Positions 1-10,093 of a DNA stretch of 64,000 nt are shown piece by piece. A program made the translations under genes and the position numbers. The notes below the pieces were generated by a model, which was not told the origin of the DNA, did no database searches, and saw nothing but the letters and a program-made list of their open reading frames with translations. How positions within the stretch are numbered: position 1 is the stretch's first letter; the number at the start of each line of letters is the position of its first letter. Source of the DNA: an uncultured Planctomycetales bacterium (lineage in GTDB: Bacteria; Omnitrophota; Gorgyraeia; Gygaellales; Profunditerraquicolaceae); NCBI GenBank assembly GCA_964354795.1, contig CAYHBB010000003.1, forward strand, positions 5,887 through 69,886, in the 5' to 3' direction.

Positions 1-2
1 CG

Positions 3-2501
3 TTGATGGAACTTGGCGCTGGTTTTAATCCTGAGTTTACGGGGCGTGAAAATATTATTATTAATGCGCGGGTATATGGTTTGCATGAGGATGTTCTTGC
101 GCAAAAGATTCCGGAAATCCTTGAGTTTTCAGGGCTGGGAAGATTCATTGATGCGCCGATAAAATATTATTCGCAAGGCATGTATATGCGTTTGGCGTTT
201 GCTCTTGCTGTATTTGTCGAGCCCGATATTTTTTTGGTCGATGATATATTGTCAGTAGGGGATGAGGATGCGCAACAGAGGTGTATTAAGAAGATATTTG
301 AGTTAAAGAAATCCGGTAAGACTATAGTTGTTGTCAGTCACGACATGAACATAGTAAGCAGGCTCTGCGACCGCGTTATACTGTTGGATCACGGAAGAAT
401 TGTCCAGGAAGGCCAACCGGGGAAGGTTCTTTCATACTATTTGGAAACAGCTGGTGAAAAGAAAGGAATTGCTTCTTTTGAGCATGACGGGATAAGGGTC
501 GTGTTTAATAATGGCAGGCTAGGCGTTTCATATCGCGGCAACCTGATTACTAAAGGCGTCGGTGCTCATACCATATTCTATGATCGTTTGCTTGGCAGTT
601 ATGTAACTTCCGAAAATCTTTCTTGGCAGATAAGCTCTATTTCTGCAACTGAAATCATCGCTGAGGGGTGGATGCATGAAGGCCAGCTTTCGCAGGTATG
701 GTCAATAGGGTTGTCTTGCGGTGATTTGTCATTTCAGGTCAAGATAGAAGATCAGTGTAAGCAGGAGTTTCATATGGATTTCTTGCTTAAGCCTCAATAC
801 GTATCCTGGAATACATTCGATGTAAGCGGTATATTCCCGCCGTATGTTCATAAAACTAATTGGCAGAGTTTGAATATTGGTGTTCCGGAAGAAGGATTGG
901 TCGCGTTAAGTCCAGGCTCGCAGGAAGAAAATACGCCTTCTATTGTTTTTGAAAATACTTATAAGGACAGCGAGATACGATTATTTAATACGGGTTATGA
1001 TCAGGAATCACGGGGTTTGCAGTATTTTTTAGGGCAGGAGGGGGCAATTTCAATCCGTTTAAAAACGATCCCTAGCATAAAAGACTATCAAAACTTTGTT
1101 GAGTCTAAGAAGAAAGAGCTATTGCTAAATAAAGACCTGAAAAAATGGAGAGCGTTAGCAGTGCAAAGAATTTCCTGCGGTGATATAAGTTTTTTTGTAG
1201 ATATCGAAAATAAAATTTTGCGGATTTTCTCAAAAGATGCAGAGATAACCAGCGGGGGCGGTTTGCGGGCATTGATAACCGTAGGGGGCTCTTTGTATAG
1301 CTCTAAAGATGCGCAGTGGCAGGTTCGCAAAATTTCAGGGCAATTGTTGGAATTGACAATGGAATATGGGGCAATGCCATTTACTCAGCGGTGGATATTC
1401 AATGCTGAGCAGGAAAATACAATTACCTACTCAATAAAGATGGAGTCTGAGCAACGAATAGTTTTTAAAAAGCAGGATGTGGTCCTGGAGGTTGTTGATA
1501 GTTATATTAGTTGGCGGACACCATACGAAGAAGGAGGGTTTACTGAGGCTCAATATGTTTTGGGGATCCTTCCTGTGCGTTTGCGTGAAAGTAAAGTCAG
1601 GGAGATATCGCTAGCGTCTATGAGCAATGGAGCGTCAGATTATTTATTTCTCCAGGTAACACCGAGTCCGCATAAACAATTATTGGGGATTTATAAACAG
1701 AATTTATCGCAAAAAGAAAGCGTGTGTGTGAATTCCTCGATTATCGTTTCGAAAAATAATGAACTGCTTGAAGGCGGGATACATGAAGTTTTTGATGCGA
1801 AGATAGTCTTACATAGAGATATTAGTCCACGGAGTTCTTCAGTATTAGGCGAGGATATAACATTAGAGAATAAAAAATTGCGGATTGTTTTTGATCAAGG
1901 AAGAGGGAGAATCTTTTGGGGAGAGACAGAGGTGACTGTTGGATTAGGCCTTTTTACATCCGTGCGTTCATCCGGCATTTGGCATGATTCTTATCAGGCG
2001 GCATGGGATAAGGATTATGTTCGGGATAATAAAATAAGCGTTACTGGCTATTGGCCGTATATCCCCATTGTCCAGACATGGCAGATCCAGCTTTTAGATA
2101 GCAAAACAATTTACTGGAAAGTGGATGTGAAGGTTCTTGCTCCTTTTAATCTGGAGTTAGAGCAGTCGAATCTTATGCTTTCTGCGGAATATAAAAAATG
2201 GTCTGTTGACGGTGGTATTGGTGGTGACTTTTTAGATGAGTTTACCCGGCAATACGATATTCTGCCGTTTCGGTTTTGGTATGGCAAGTCTTTGCAAAAT
2301 GGTATAGTCGTTCGTGCTAATCTTTCTTCAGTCTTGTTCCAGGATAAATCAGGCAATGAAGATACCAGGGGAATTGTAGAGAATAGCGATTATCTATATG
2401 GGGCCCGTATGCTGCAATATCAGAATTCTCCTAAAGCGGATGCGTCCCTTGGTCAATATACGTATTTTGAAGGGGTGATACACGTTGAGTCTGAAGAATA
2501 A
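3..2501 (+). CDS. wzt: Wzt-type polysaccharide ABC transporter ATP-binding protein (5' truncated) with long C-terminal region of three internal repeats
   Basis: LGAGFNPEFTGREN, YSQGMYMRLAF signature, FLVDD Walker B, VSHD H-loop; Walker A lies upstream of the window. Confidence 0.85.
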   Translation: MMELGAGFNPEFTGRENIIINARVYGLHEDVLAQKIPEILEFSGLGRFIDAPIKYYSQGMYMRLAFALAVFVEPDIFLVDDILSVGDEDAQQRCIKKIFELKKSGKTIVVVSHDMNIVSRLCDRVILLDHGRIVQEGQPGKVLSYYLETAGEKKGIASFEHDGIRVVFNNGRLGVSYRGNLITKGVGAHTIFYDRLLGSYVTSENLSWQISSISATEIIAEGWMHEGQLSQVWSIGLSCGDLSFQVKIEDQCKQEFHMDFLLKPQYVSWNTFDVSGIFPPYVHKTNWQSLNIGVPEEGLVALSPGSQEENTPSIVFENTYKDSEIRLFNTGYDQESRGLQYFLGQEGAISIRLKTIPSIKDYQNFVESKKKELLLNKDLKKWRALAVQRISCGDISFFVDIENKILRIFSKDAEITSGGGLRALITVGGSLYSSKDAQWQVRKISGQLLELTMEYGAMPFTQRWIFNAEQENTITYSIKMESEQRIVFKKQDVVLEVVDSYISWRTPYEEGGFTEAQYVLGILPVRLRESKVREISLASMSNGASDYLFLQVTPSPHKQLLGIYKQNLSQKESVCVNSSIIVSKNNELLEGGIHEVFDAKIVLHRDISPRSSSVLGEDITLENKKLRIVFDQGRGRIFWGETEVTVGLGLFTSVRSSGIWHDSYQAAWDKDYVRDNKISVTGYWPYIPIVQTWQIQLLDSKTIYWKVDVKVLAPFNLELEQSNLMLSAEYKKWSVDGGIGGDFLDEFTRQYDILPFRFWYGKSLQNGIVVRANLSSVLFQDKSGNEDTRGIVENSDYLYGARMLQYQNSPKADASLGQYTYFEGVIHVESEE

Positions 2502-5500
2502 TATTGAGAAGCTTAGAAAACATTTGGAAATCGGTGGAATCGGTTACGCCTTTCGCCGTGCCATTAAATATTTCTTGTATTTGTTAAGGGCAATTTTTCT
2601 ACGTTTTCAGAAAAAGCCCGCGGAAATTACCCTGGGGTCAAAAGTTAAGCTTTGTTTTGAGCAGTCAGCTGTGCATCTATTTTTTAATGGAACGCAGGTC
2701 ACCTCGGGGCCCGGTCTGCATGTGGCAATAAATAGCTTGGGCGTCTGGGAGGATTTAACGCAGGCTGACCTTAAAATTGTTAAAAAGCAGCGGGATTCCG
2801 TCACTTTACGGATACGACACCATAAATTTCCTATTACTCAGTTTTGGACTATTAAACGAGAGGCAGAAGAAAAGATATCTTGGAAGATTAAAATACAAAT
2901 AAGAGAAACTATGCATATTGACGAGATATGCATAGCCTGTGGGGTCCATCCTCAATATAAGAGTTGGGTAAAAGATTATTTGCAGAATGATTTTCCAGCT
3001 TTTGGGGCTCAATGGCGAGATATTTATCTCGAAGATGTATCTGTTTTTTTGTTGGGAGTGAGAATCCCGGTCCAGGGCGCTACTTTACCCTCGTTGGCTT
3101 TAGAATTAAATGATTCCCAGTTGTTTCCTTTTATTAGGAATTCTACGCTGGGAAATAGTTTTCACGTCATTGGTACCAGGCACACCGTGCTTAAATCTAT
3201 CTCAAAATGTAGCCGGGGAATGTCAGTTTCTTTTTCGCAGGCCATAAATTTCTTCGAGAACGATGCAGACCTAGATTTAAAAATCGAATTATTTAGAAGA
3301 AAATTGGTGGCCAAGGCAATTAGTGAGAAGACTGGATTATTAGCGCCCTACCGCAAAAGAATTCTTTTGGTGAATCTCCCGTGGCAAAGACGCGGCTGTT
3401 GGGGGGTACGAGCTGGTTCGCGGTGGCCGCATATAAAGGACGTAAGTGAAGGGGACTATTTACCGTTCCCTTTTTTTCTTAGCTATGCTACTGCATTGTT
3501 AAAGAATAATGATTTTAGTGTCACTATTATTGATGCCGTTGCAGAGCAGATGCCAGAAGCCAAATTATTAGAGTTTATCTCGGGTAATAAATTCGATTAT
3601 GTTGTCGCTGAGACATCTATTCCGTCGTTTAGCAATGATCTTCGTATTCTTGGGGGTATTTCCAAATTAAGGGTTTCAATAATTTTATGCGGCCCGAATT
3701 ACCAGATTTACAAACCTGAGTTTTTACAGCAGCATCGGTTTATTGACTTTGTTCTTTACGGAGAATATGAATTCAATCTTCTTCAGTTAATGCGCTGCTT
3801 TAAAGACAAGGGTGATGTTTCAGGTGTGAGTGGCTTATTATATAGAAAAGACGGGAAAGTTTACAAGACCGAATCCGGACAGCCGTTTGATATAAACCTT
3901 CTACCTTGGCCTGAGCGAGAAAGCCTTCCGCTTTTAAAGTATTTGGATGCCCCGGGAGGAATGTTGACACCCAGCGCGCAGATTATTGCATCGCGCGGTT
4001 GCCCGTTTGGGTGTAAGTTTTGCCTGTGGCCTCAAGTGGTCTATCAGGGCCGGCACTATCGAACGCGGAATGTTATTGACGTTGTTGATGAAATGGAATA
4101 TTTGATCAGGGAGAAGGGATCCAGGTCAGTTTATTTTGACGATGATACATTTAATATCGGCAAAGAACGAATGTTTGAGTTTTGCGATCAGATTATTAAA
4201 CGAGGATTGAATCATACTCAGTGGGCGATCATGGCGCGTCCGGACCTAATGGATGAATCACTATTGGACAAATTTAAGGAAGCCGGATTATACGCCGTAA
4301 AATACGGTGTTGAATCGGGCGTCCAGGATTTATTGGATAATATCGGAAAGGCAATGGACCTGGAGTATGCACAGAGGATGATTCGCTATACGCAAAAAAT
4401 AGGCATCAAGACACATCTGACATTTACCTTTGGACTTCCTGGGGAGACCAGGGAAACTATCGAGAAGACGATTGCTTTGGCAAAAAGCCTGGACCCTTTC
4501 TCTGTGCAGTTTTCTTTAGCTACCCCTTTTCCCGGGACCGAGTATCATCGAATATTAGAAAAATGCGGCTGTATCATCTCTAAAGATTTATCCAGTTATG
4601 ACGGTCATTCTAGCAGTGTGATCAAACTGGGGAATCTGGGTTCAGGCGATCTTGAAGAAGCTAAAGTCAGGGCTTATCAGGTATGGTTTGAGTATGTAAA
4701 GAAAAGAAGGGGTTTTCTGGGTAATATAAAGAGGGTTTATGATTTTTTGAAAAGAAACAATATTTCTTATGTGTTGAAGAGGGTAGTTGGCTATCTTACG
4801 AAAGCGTTGCTTAAGAAAGGTATTTCTGAAAATAAGCATAAGGACAATAGTCCGGATATTCTCCTTATTCAGTGTCCACCATGGGATTTTAGTATGGCAC
4901 CTCTGGGGGTTGCATACTTGTCTAGTTATTTGGAGAAACTTGGTTACAAAGCTGACGTTTTTGATCTTAATATAAAATTATATAATTCGGTCGCGGAAAA
5001 ATACCGGCATTACTGGGAGCAAAAAAATATTTGCTTATGGTCTGTAGAGGATTTATTTGAGAACACGTGGTCTGTCTTACAAGATGAAGTGCTATCTCTT
5101 ATGGAAGATGTGATTAAAAATGGTTCGCCTTGTATTGGGCTTTCGGTTAATTTCGGTGGTATTCGCTTTGCCATTAAACTTCTTAATATAATAAGGCAAA
5201 AGAATAAGAGCATAAAAATAATTGTTGGTGGATGGGGGGTTATTGACGAGTACATGCGCGGACTATTCCCGAAAGAAATGCTAGATGCTTTTGTAATAGG
5301 TGAGGGAGAGCAGACTCTTGTTGAAGTGATTGACGTTTTTAGAGGAAAACGCAAGGATAGAAACGTGCTCGGCGCAATATTTACAGAAAATGAAAATTCT
5401 GAATTTAAGCTGCGTAAGCCGATTGCGGATATTAATACCATTCCCTGGCCGACATTTTCTGATTTTGATCTGAAATCTTACAAAAATGTGCTTATACCGT

Positions 5501-6237
5501 TGTTTACCAGTAGGGGATGCATAGGGCATTGTACTTTTTGCAATGACTGGGTCTATTCTAAGCCGTACCGTTACCGTAACGCCAAAAATATCTTTAAGGA
5601 GATCAGGTACCATGTGGAAAATAACCGTGTGAACGCGTTCTCTTTTAAGGATTTGCTATGTAACGGAAACCTTAGGGAGCTAGGGAATCTGTGTGACTTG
5701 CTTATTGAATCAGGCCTTGAGATAGCCTGGGATTCGCAGGCTATTACCCGTAGGGAGATGACGTATGAGTTTCTGTGTAAGCTGAAAAAAAGCGGGTGCA
5801 CGACCTTGATTTATGGAATAGAAAGTTTTTCTGATAACGTGCTTAGGCGTATGGGTAAAATATTCGATAGAGAGACAGCGGAGCTGGTGCTTAAAAGTAC
5901 CCATAAGGCGGATATAGGATCTTTGATCAACATTATCGTTGGTTTTCCGGGCGAGACTGAGCAAGATTTTCAAGAGACCCTGGACGCGTTAGAGTTAAAC
6001 CGGCCGTACCTGAGTGGCGTAGGCGCAGTGAGCGTCTGTTTGGTAAACGGCAATAGTCCATTATGCTGTAAAAAGAATGAATTCGGTATAGTAACTCCAT
6101 CCGAGATCAGCAGTTCGGCTAAACAATGGATGAGCAGTGACGGAAAAAACACCTATGAGATCCGGAAGCAAAGAGCGGAAAAGGTGATAGAGCTAATAAC
6201 GCATTTGGGGTTATCCTATGAAACTGCGACTATTTGA
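2485..6237 (+). CDS. Tandem double B12-binding radical SAM protein with N-terminal repeat domain
   Basis: SRGCPFGCKFC and SRGCIGHCTFC motifs, each preceded by a B12-binding-like domain (ILLVNLPW..GEYE; ILLIQCPPW..PLGVAYL..GEGE). Confidence 0.85.
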   Translation: MSLKNNIEKLRKHLEIGGIGYAFRRAIKYFLYLLRAIFLRFQKKPAEITLGSKVKLCFEQSAVHLFFNGTQVTSGPGLHVAINSLGVWEDLTQADLKIVKKQRDSVTLRIRHHKFPITQFWTIKREAEEKISWKIKIQIRETMHIDEICIACGVHPQYKSWVKDYLQNDFPAFGAQWRDIYLEDVSVFLLGVRIPVQGATLPSLALELNDSQLFPFIRNSTLGNSFHVIGTRHTVLKSISKCSRGMSVSFSQAINFFENDADLDLKIELFRRKLVAKAISEKTGLLAPYRKRILLVNLPWQRRGCWGVRAGSRWPHIKDVSEGDYLPFPFFLSYATALLKNNDFSVTIIDAVAEQMPEAKLLEFISGNKFDYVVAETSIPSFSNDLRILGGISKLRVSIILCGPNYQIYKPEFLQQHRFIDFVLYGEYEFNLLQLMRCFKDKGDVSGVSGLLYRKDGKVYKTESGQPFDINLLPWPERESLPLLKYLDAPGGMLTPSAQIIASRGCPFGCKFCLWPQVVYQGRHYRTRNVIDVVDEMEYLIREKGSRSVYFDDDTFNIGKERMFEFCDQIIKRGLNHTQWAIMARPDLMDESLLDKFKEAGLYAVKYGVESGVQDLLDNIGKAMDLEYAQRMIRYTQKIGIKTHLTFTFGLPGETRETIEKTIALAKSLDPFSVQFSLATPFPGTEYHRILEKCGCIISKDLSSYDGHSSSVIKLGNLGSGDLEEAKVRAYQVWFEYVKKRRGFLGNIKRVYDFLKRNNISYVLKRVVGYLTKALLKKGISENKHKDNSPDILLIQCPPWDFSMAPLGVAYLSSYLEKLGYKADVFDLNIKLYNSVAEKYRHYWEQKNICLWSVEDLFENTWSVLQDEVLSLMEDVIKNGSPCIGLSVNFGGIRFAIKLLNIIRQKNKSIKIIVGGWGVIDEYMRGLFPKEMLDAFVIGEGEQTLVEVIDVFRGKRKDRNVLGAIFTENENSEFKLRKPIADINTIPWPTFSDFDLKSYKNVLIPLFTSRGCIGHCTFCNDWVYSKPYRYRNAKNIFKEIRYHVENNRVNAFSFKDLLCNGNLRELGNLCDLLIESGLEIAWDSQAITRREMTYEFLCKLKKSGCTTLIYGIESFSDNVLRRMGKIFDRETAELVLKSTHKADIGSLINIIVGFPGETEQDFQETLDALELNRPYLSGVGAVSVCLVNGNSPLCCKKNEFGIVTPSEISSSAKQWMSSDGKNTYEIRKQRAEKVIELITHLGLSYETATI

Positions 6238-7483
6238 TTTGTTTATGGGCAGGTTTTTAGGTTCAGGCTATCAAAAACATCAAGAAGGCAATTTTGTCGC
6301 AAAAAAAGACCTTGTCTTAGAGGGGATACTTGATGGTTCTCTGGCTTTTTCTGGGCCTCAGACAGTCCAGTTCGATGTGACTAACCGTTGTAATAATAAT
6401 TGCTTGTGTTGTTGGAATAATTCTCCCTTTTTAGGCGATTTACCTGAGGATAGGCTAAAGGAAAAGGAAGACGAGCTGCCGTTAAAGCTCATAAAGAAGA
6501 TTTTCGCAGAATTGAAAGGCCTCGGTACTAAGAATTTGGTTCTTGCTGGAGGCGGAGAGCCATTTATGCATCCTAAGATTATTGATATTTTAAGCGCAGC
6601 AAAGAAATGTAATTTTCGCGTTTCTATTAATACGAATTTTACGCTTATTGATGAGAAAATTGCAAAAAAACTTGTAGATTTAAAGATCGATTTGATTCAT
6701 GTTAGTCTTCTCGCAGGTACTCCTAAAACTTATGCAGTGGTTCACCCCAATAAGACTGAGGAGACTTTTTTGCGGATAGTTCGGGTACTTAGATATATGG
6801 TTGAAGAAAGAAACAGGCGCTACCAAAACGGGCCTATACCTCAGCCGCACGTAGATCTTTATTATGTGATTTTTAATCAAAACTATCGTGACATACGGGC
6901 AATGACTGATCTTGCCATGGATTTGCGGGTCAATACGCTTGAATTTACACCTATTGACGTTATTCCCGGAAAGACAGATGTTCTGCTGCTTAATGAGCCC
7001 CAGAAAAGAGAAGTGCTCGAGTCTGTAATTGCGCAAAAGATTAGGCTCGAAGAGTTTAACCGGCAAAATGGGGGAAAAGTTACTTTTATTGAACAGTACG
7101 ATCCGTTTATAAAGCGCCTATCTGCAGAGAATGCCGTAAAAGGTCAATACGAGTCTACTACAATAGTGCAGCAGCCTTGTTATGTAGGATGGGCCTTTGC
7201 GCGCATACTTGCTAACGGTAATGTCACCCCTTGTCTTAAGGCCCATCGGGTGACAACGGGTAATATTTATAAGCAAAAGTTCAGGAATATTTGGAACAGC
7301 CCAGAGCAGCAGTTGTTTAGGAAGAAGGCTTTTATGCCCCAGAAAAACGATCAGTATTTGAGAAGTATTGGCAATAACCCCAGCGAGGACTCAGGTTGCC
7401 TTAGTAGTTGCGATAATATCCAGATTAACATTGAAATGCACGCAAAATATCATGCTGTAACTAACAAAAATGCGAAATCTTAA
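6218..7483 (+). CDS. Radical SAM protein with SPASM/twitch domain (paralog 1)
   Basis: CNNNCLCC, GGGEP, C-terminal PCYVGW..GNVTPC..IWNS. Confidence 0.9.
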   Translation: MKLRLFDLFMGRFLGSGYQKHQEGNFVAKKDLVLEGILDGSLAFSGPQTVQFDVTNRCNNNCLCCWNNSPFLGDLPEDRLKEKEDELPLKLIKKIFAELKGLGTKNLVLAGGGEPFMHPKIIDILSAAKKCNFRVSINTNFTLIDEKIAKKLVDLKIDLIHVSLLAGTPKTYAVVHPNKTEETFLRIVRVLRYMVEERNRRYQNGPIPQPHVDLYYVIFNQNYRDIRAMTDLAMDLRVNTLEFTPIDVIPGKTDVLLLNEPQKREVLESVIAQKIRLEEFNRQNGGKVTFIEQYDPFIKRLSAENAVKGQYESTTIVQQPCYVGWAFARILANGNVTPCLKAHRVTTGNIYKQKFRNIWNSPEQQLFRKKAFMPQKNDQYLRSIGNNPSEDSGCLSSCDNIQINIEMHAKYHAVTNKNAKS

Positions 7484-8696
7484 GAAATTCATAGCGGATA
7501 GAGATAAATTTTTTTTAGTCAGCGGAATACTTCATTCCTCAAGAGCTTTTATCGGCCCAGAAGTCCTTCATGTTGATTTAACTAACGTTTGTAATTTTAG
7601 TTGTATTGCATGCTGGTGTCGTTCCCCACTCTTGGAAGAAAAGGGAATGCCTGAATGGGAAAGGAAGCTAGCGCTGTCCACAGAAGTTGTAAAGAAAGCC
7701 TTTGACGATCTGGCAGGAATGGGGGGATTAAAGCAGGTCAAATTGGTTGGCGGCGGAGAGCCATTTATGCACCCGGACATCTTGGAAATCGTTGAATATA
7801 TCAAGGGAAAGAACAAAAATATCGCAATTGACATCAATACAAATTTTAGCCTTGTTGACCGATCTATTATTGGGAGGCTGTTGGAGCTTGGCGTTGATTC
7901 ATTAACCGTAAGCCTCTGGGCAGGAACTTTTAAAGCATATGTCGCAGTCCATCCAATGCAGAAGGAAGATATATTTTATAAAATAAAAGATAATCTTAAG
8001 TTCATATCTACAGAAAAGAACAGGCTAAACATTAAGAGACCCCGGATTGTCCTGCACGATGTCATTATGAACCTGAACTATGGGGACATGTGGGAGATGC
8101 TGCAATTTGGTCTTGATGTAGGAGCGGATGACATTCAGTTTGTCCCTATTGATCCTGTGAAGGGAAAAACAGAATCGCTGTTGCTTAATGATAGTCAAAG
8201 GGCTGAGTTATTGCAAGTAGCCCATAAAATATTGACGCGATACAATAGGAATAACTTTGAATATTTATCCGAGGATGGCCGTAGCATTACTCTTTCAGAT
8301 TTTGAGGGGTTTATCAGGCGTATCGAAAAGCTTGATACAAAAAGCGGCGTTTATGACGAGCTCCGTGTTGCGATGATACCTTGTTATGTTGGTTGGCTTT
8401 TTGCCCGGATAATGGCAACCGGAAATGTTGTGCCCTGTTGCAAGGGGCACCGTATGACTATGGGCAATGTCAATGAAGACAGCTTTAAGAGGATTTGGAA
8501 TGGTAAGCGATACCGTGAATTTAGGAATAAAGCCAAGAATATGGATAAATCAAATCCATATTTCTCCCTTTTTGGGAATGACGCCTCGACAGATACGGGT
8601 TGCTATAATTGTGATAATTTGTGGCAGAATGAGCCTATGCATAGGTTGATCAAGTCTTTACCCTTGCATAAACGTAAATTCTTGTTTTTTAAATGA
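7470..8696 (+). CDS. Radical SAM protein with SPASM/twitch domain (paralog 2)
   Basis: CNFSCIAC, GGGEP, PCYVGW..GNVVPCC..CYNCD. Confidence 0.9.
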   Translation: MRNLKKFIADRDKFFLVSGILHSSRAFIGPEVLHVDLTNVCNFSCIACWCRSPLLEEKGMPEWERKLALSTEVVKKAFDDLAGMGGLKQVKLVGGGEPFMHPDILEIVEYIKGKNKNIAIDINTNFSLVDRSIIGRLLELGVDSLTVSLWAGTFKAYVAVHPMQKEDIFYKIKDNLKFISTEKNRLNIKRPRIVLHDVIMNLNYGDMWEMLQFGLDVGADDIQFVPIDPVKGKTESLLLNDSQRAELLQVAHKILTRYNRNNFEYLSEDGRSITLSDFEGFIRRIEKLDTKSGVYDELRVAMIPCYVGWLFARIMATGNVVPCCKGHRMTMGNVNEDSFKRIWNGKRYREFRNKAKNMDKSNPYFSLFGNDASTDTGCYNCDNLWQNEPMHRLIKSLPLHKRKFLFFK

Positions 8697-10090
8697 AAGA
8701 CTATTCAAAAGAAAAATCAGTGATTTCTTTTCTTAACCACTATTGCCGAGATCACGGCGCAAAACGCACTTTACAAGGCTTCAGGCGCAATCTTAATCTA
8801 TGCAATCTTTTTGATGAATACCGTATTTTGAAAGGCATTGATAGCAGAATATATGCTTTTTGCTCGCCTTTATCTGTTCAGATCGATCTTACAAATGACT
8901 GCAATAATGATTGCCTCTGCTGCTGGTGTAATTCTCCTTTACGAAAAAATGAAGAAGTACGCCCTGACAAGTTATCGCTTGATTATGAAGTTATTTTGGG
9001 TGTTTTCGATGAATTGCAGCGTGCGGGGACGCGGGAGATCATTCTTTCCGGAGGAGGAGAACCATTTCTATACCCTCGATTATTCGAGGTAATTGCTGAG
9101 ATCAAGAAAAGAGGATTAATTACTCAGTTATATACAAATTTTACGCTAATCAACAAAGAATCAATCAAGAGTTTAGTTGAATTGGCTGTTGATCGCCTGA
9201 CAGTAAGCCTGTGGGCAGCAGATCCCAAGATGTATTGTATTTTGCACCCCAACAGGCAAGAGGCTGACTTTCTTAGGATTAAGGATAACCTAATTAACCT
9301 AAGAATAATGAAGCAGGGGCTTAAGAAGAATAAGCCAATTGTTTGCCTGCACAATGTTATTAACTCAAAGAATTTTCGTCAAATAAATGAGATGACTGAT
9401 TTTGCTATTTTGGTTGGCGCAGATGAAGTAAGGTTTTCAGTTGTAGATGTCATACCAGGCGTTACGGATGAGCTTTTACTTAGCGATGAACAGAGGCAGT
9501 TTGTAATCAAAGAATGTAAGGGGCTAAATAATAATAGCCGCATAACCGATCTGGGTAGGTTTATGCAGATGGTTTCTTCTGATGGCGCATCCAAAGGAGA
9601 ATATGATAGAGGTGTAGTTAATAATTACCCCTGCTATACAGGGTGGCTATTTGCTCGGATCAGGGCAGACGGAAGCGTTAACCCTTGTCTAAAGTCGCAT
9701 CGTATCAGTCTCGGGAATATCTACCAGAATAGTTTTAAAGAGATCTGGAATTCGCCTTTCGCGCAAGAATTTAGATCACAGGCCCAGAAGTTGAAGTCCG
9801 GAAACCCATATTTTTCTATGGTAGGTAACGGCAGCGGCACTGATATAGGCTGTTTCAGGGTATGTGATGATCTATCAAGGAATATTTTTATGTATAGAAA
9901 GCTTAAGTTCTATCCTACTACAAAAGTTCTCCGTGTGTTTATCGGCCTTAAGAGTGCAGTTGTCGGTAACTTTAAGATAATAAAACGCTGGTTTAATTTA
10001 TTTTATTTGTTTGGAGTGGTTATTTTATATAGCGTTATACTTAAACTGCGCAGGCTGGTAAGCAATATTACTATTTTCCCGGGAGAGTAA
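8693..10090 (+). CDS. Radical SAM protein with SPASM/twitch domain (paralog 3)
   Basis: CNNDCLCC, GGGEP, PCYTGW..GSVNPC..CFRVCD. Confidence 0.9.
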   Translation: MKDYSKEKSVISFLNHYCRDHGAKRTLQGFRRNLNLCNLFDEYRILKGIDSRIYAFCSPLSVQIDLTNDCNNDCLCCWCNSPLRKNEEVRPDKLSLDYEVILGVFDELQRAGTREIILSGGGEPFLYPRLFEVIAEIKKRGLITQLYTNFTLINKESIKSLVELAVDRLTVSLWAADPKMYCILHPNRQEADFLRIKDNLINLRIMKQGLKKNKPIVCLHNVINSKNFRQINEMTDFAILVGADEVRFSVVDVIPGVTDELLLSDEQRQFVIKECKGLNNNSRITDLGRFMQMVSSDGASKGEYDRGVVNNYPCYTGWLFARIRADGSVNPCLKSHRISLGNIYQNSFKEIWNSPFAQEFRSQAQKLKSGNPYFSMVGNGSGTDIGCFRVCDDLSRNIFMYRKLKFYPTTKVLRVFIGLKSAVVGNFKIIKRWFNLFYLFGVVILYSVILKLRRLVSNITIFPGE

Positions 10091-10093
10091 GCA

